From: an uncultured Bacilli bacterium
GTDB lineage: Bacteria; Bacillota_I; Bacilli_A; RF39; UBA660
NCBI GenBank assembly: GCA_947632565.1
Contig: CANRPT010000001.1
Coordinates: 1-32,000, forward strand
Length of the DNA: 32,000 bases
Reading direction: 5' to 3'
Below are positions 29,710 to 32,000 of the stretch, one piece after another; the first letter of the stretch is position 1, and each line of letters starts with the position of its first letter. The notes under the pieces were generated by a model. The model did no database searches. It had not been told where the DNA came from and worked only from the letters and a program-made list of their open reading frames with translations. Made by a program: the position numbers and the translations under genes.

Positions 29710-32000
29710 ATGGATAATAGAGACGATTTAGATGAATTGATAAAAAGAGCAGAAGAAGATAGTAAAGATGTGAAAAATACATTTTTAGAAGGTGATTCTG
29801 AGGCTACAGAAGATACTGATGATCATAATGGTGATAGTGGTGATACAAATTTTAGTGGATATTTTCATGAGAGAGATCGATTAGATCATAATAATATTGT
29901 AAATGAAGTTGAAACATCATTTTTGGAGTATTCTGTTAGTGTTATTACTTCACGTGCTTTACCTGATTTGAGAGATGGATTAAAACCAGTTCATAGGAGA
30001 ATTTTATGGTCTATGTATGAATCTGGATATACACCAGATAAACCTCATCGAAAATGTGCAACAACGGTTGGATACGTTATGGGTCATTATCATCCTCATG
30101 GAGATTCTTCTATTTATGAAGCAATGGTACGTTTAGCCCAAGATTTTAATCAAAGATATATGTTAATTGATGGGCATGGAAATTTTGGTAATATTGAAGG
30201 AGATGGCGCAGCAGCAATGCGTTATACAGAATCTAGACTTGCTAAAATTTCTTTGGAATTATTAAGAGATATCAATAAAGATACTGTTGATATGGATGAT
30301 AATTTTGATGTTACCATGAAAGAACCAAAGGTTTTACCATCTAGATTTCCTAATTTATTAGTTAATGGATCTATGGGAATTGCAGTAGGAATGGCTACTA
30401 ATATTCCACCACATAATTTGGGAGAAGTAATTGATGGATGTGTTGCTTATATTGATAATCCTGATATTGATACAGTAGGTTTAATGGAATATATTAAAGG
30501 TCCTGATTTTCCTACTGGTGGTATTATCTTAGGTAATTCTGGAATTCGTAAAGCTTATGAGACCGGTAGGGGGTCTATAACAATTCGTAGTAAAGCAACT
30601 ATTGAAGATTGTGGTAGTCATAGCAACATTATTATTGATGAAGTTCCTTATGGTGTAAATACGATGGAACTTAAAAATAAGGTTGCAGAACTTGTTCATA
30701 ATAAGATTATTGAAGGAATTTCTGATTATCATACCGATTTAAAAGAGGGAGTTAAAATAACCATTACATTAAAGAAAGATGCTAATCCTCAAGTTGTCTT
30801 AAATAATTTATATAAGCATACTAATTTCCAAGTTAATTATGGAATTATCTTTTTAGTATTGGATGGTCAAACTCCAAGAACTTTAGGATTAAAGGATATT
30901 ATTGCTAAGTATATTGAACATCAGAAGGAAGTTATTGTTCGTAGAACGAGATATGATTTAGCTAGAGCAGAAGAAAGAGTTCATATATTAGAAGGTTTAA
31001 GAATTGCTTTAGATAATATTGATGAAGTTGTTCGTATTATTCGTGCTGCTGATAGTGATGAAGAAGCTAGAGCTAATTTAATGTCTAGATTTGATTTGGA
31101 TGAAATTCAAGCTAATAGTATTTTGGAAATGAGATTACGTCGTTTAACTGGATTAGAACGTGGTAAAGTGGAATCTGAATTAAGTGATTTACAGTTAAAG
31201 ATTGCTGATTACAAAGATATTTTAGCTACTCCTCAAAGAGTTTTGGATATTATTAAGGAAGAAATGCTAGAAATTAAGAAGAGATATGCAGATGATCGTC
31301 GTACTAAAATTGATATGACGGCTGTGGATTATATTGAAGATGAATCATTAATTCCTGTGGAAAATATGCTTATTACTCTTACTAATAAGGGATATATTAA
31401 ACGTGTTGGTGTAGATGAATATAGAACGCAAAATCGTGGTGGTGTTGGTATTAAAGGAATGACAACTAATGAAGAAGATTTTGTGGAAAAAATGATTAAT
31501 ATGGAAACTCATGATTATATTTTATTCTTTAGTAATAGGGGAAAAGTATATCGAATGAAAGGGTATGAGGTTCCAGAGTTTAGCAGACAAAGTAAAGGTT
31601 TGCCAATTGTTAATTTATTACCTGTGGAAAAAGATGAAAAGATTAATTCTATTGTATCTTTAAGTGCTAAAAATGATGAATATAAATATTTATTCTTTAT
31701 TACACGTGATGGTATTGTGAAACGTACTGATTTATCAGAATTTGATAATATTAGAACTAGTGGAAAAATAGCTATTACTTTAAAAGAAGATGATGAATTA
31801 ATTTCTGTTCGCAAAACTACTGGGGAAAACGAGATTATTATTGGTGCTTCTAATGGTAGAATGGTTCGATTTGTGGAAAACGAGGTTCGTATTATGGGAC
31901 GTACTGCTTCTGGTGTTAGAGGTATTGATTTAGGAAATGCTAAAGTAGTTGGTGGAGAAGTTATTACTGAAAATGAACAAGTTTTGATTGTTACAGAAAA
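29710..32000 (+). CDS. gyrA: DNA gyrase subunit A, partial (runs off the right edge), with an acidic N-terminal extension.
   Basis: It is absent from the ORF track because there is no stop in the window. The SD AGGTGGTG lies 5 nt upstream of ATG 29710. My translation is MDNRDDLDELIKRAEEDSKDVKNTFLEGDSEATEDTDDHNGDSGDTNFSGYFHERDRLDHNNIVNEVETSFLEYSVSVITSRALPDLRDGLKPVHRRILWSM...HPHGDSSIYEAMVRLAQDF...AAAMRYTESRL. Confidence 0.95.
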   Translation, partial: MDNRDDLDELIKRAEEDSKDVKNTFLEGDSEATEDTDDHNGDSGDTNFSGYFHERDRLDHNNIVNEVETSFLEYSVSVITSRALPDLRDGLKPVHRRILWSMYESGYTPDKPHRKCATTVGYVMGHYHPHGDSSIYEAMVRLAQDFNQRYMLIDGHGNFGNIEGDGAAAMRYTESRLAKISLELLRDINKDTVDMDDNFDVTMKEPKVLPSRFPNLLVNGSMGIAVGMATNIPPHNLGEVIDGCVAYIDNPDIDTVGLMEYIKGPDFPTGGIILGNSGIRKAYETGRGSITIRSKATIEDCGSHSNIIIDEVPYGVNTMELKNKVAELVHNKIIEGISDYHTDLKEGVKITITLKKDANPQVVLNNLYKHTNFQVNYGIIFLVLDGQTPRTLGLKDIIAKYIEHQKEVIVRRTRYDLARAEERVHILEGLRIALDNIDEVVRIIRAADSDEEARANLMSRFDLDEIQANSILEMRLRRLTGLERGKVESELSDLQLKIADYKDILATPQRVLDIIKEEMLEIKKRYADDRRTKIDMTAVDYIEDESLIPVENMLITLTNKGYIKRVGVDEYRTQNRGGVGIKGMTTNEEDFVEKMINMETHDYILFFSNRGKVYRMKGYEVPEFSRQSKGLPIVNLLPVEKDEKINSIVSLSAKNDEYKYLFFITRDGIVKRTDLSEFDNIRTSGKIAITLKEDDELISVRKTTGENEIIIGASNGRMVRFVENEVRIMGRTASGVRGIDLGNAKVVGGEVITENEQVLIVTE

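Noticed and set aside
27929-31814. Minus-strand ORFs inside gyrB (27929..28123, 29446..29658) and gyrA (30529..30732, 31515..31814).
   Set aside because: They are antisense to gyrase genes with full-length conservation.
1-32000. Mollicutes-type genetic code (TGA = Trp), suggested by the extreme AT richness.
   Set aside because: TGA terminates well-delimited genes (recF at 27754..27756, mnmG at 16799..16801, the ATPase at 1158..1160) at the expected protein ends. Conserved Trp positions are TGG.

Overview
This window is the chromosomal replication-origin region of a very AT-rich Bacillota (Firmicutes-type) genome using the standard genetic code. TGA closes recF and mnmG, and Trp is encoded by TGG. 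My spot counts of 60-nt blocks give roughly 20-40 % G+C.

Gene order follows the classic Bacillus-like origin synteny. On the minus strand, read in the direction of transcription (descending coordinates), the genes are rpmH-rnpA-yidC-jag-mnmE-(ITPase-like)-mnmG-rsmG-(HD)-noc-parA-parB-mscS-DUF951-abgT-ychF-(orphan)-(BI-1)-helD-(Zn-ADH)-rpsF-ssb-rpsR. On the plus strand, right of the origin, they are dnaA-dnaN-(comK-like)-recF-gyrB-gyrA. Every CDS is co-oriented with replication, and the strand switch falls at the rpmH|dnaA spacer.

DnaA-box clusters lie upstream of dnaA, between dnaA and dnaN (followed by a (TAA)6 tract and an AT-rich stretch), and unexpectedly also downstream of dnaN. I saw no rRNA, tRNA, CRISPR array, IS element or integrase.

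The clearly accessory part is the left end (1-3260). It is a tightly coupled three-gene minus-strand operon:
- an AAA+ (MoxR/AAA_5-like) ATPase with a ~285-aa N-terminal beta-rich module;
- a 131-aa paralog of the same AAA core that lacks a P-loop;
- an HExxH (DUF2201_N-like) metallopeptidase that runs off the window through a Gln/Ser-rich region built from 156-bp in-frame tandem repeats.

Other points of interest:
- a perfect 20-bp palindrome containing the B. subtilis Noc-binding consensus;
- a Noc orthologue with no N-terminal membrane-targeting helix but a ~100-aa acidic insertion;
- a ComK-family gene in the dnaN-recF slot behind a perfect 17-bp palindrome;
- a ~50-aa acidic N-terminal extension on GyrA.

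All homology calls come from reading the translations and from memory of protein families. No searches were run.
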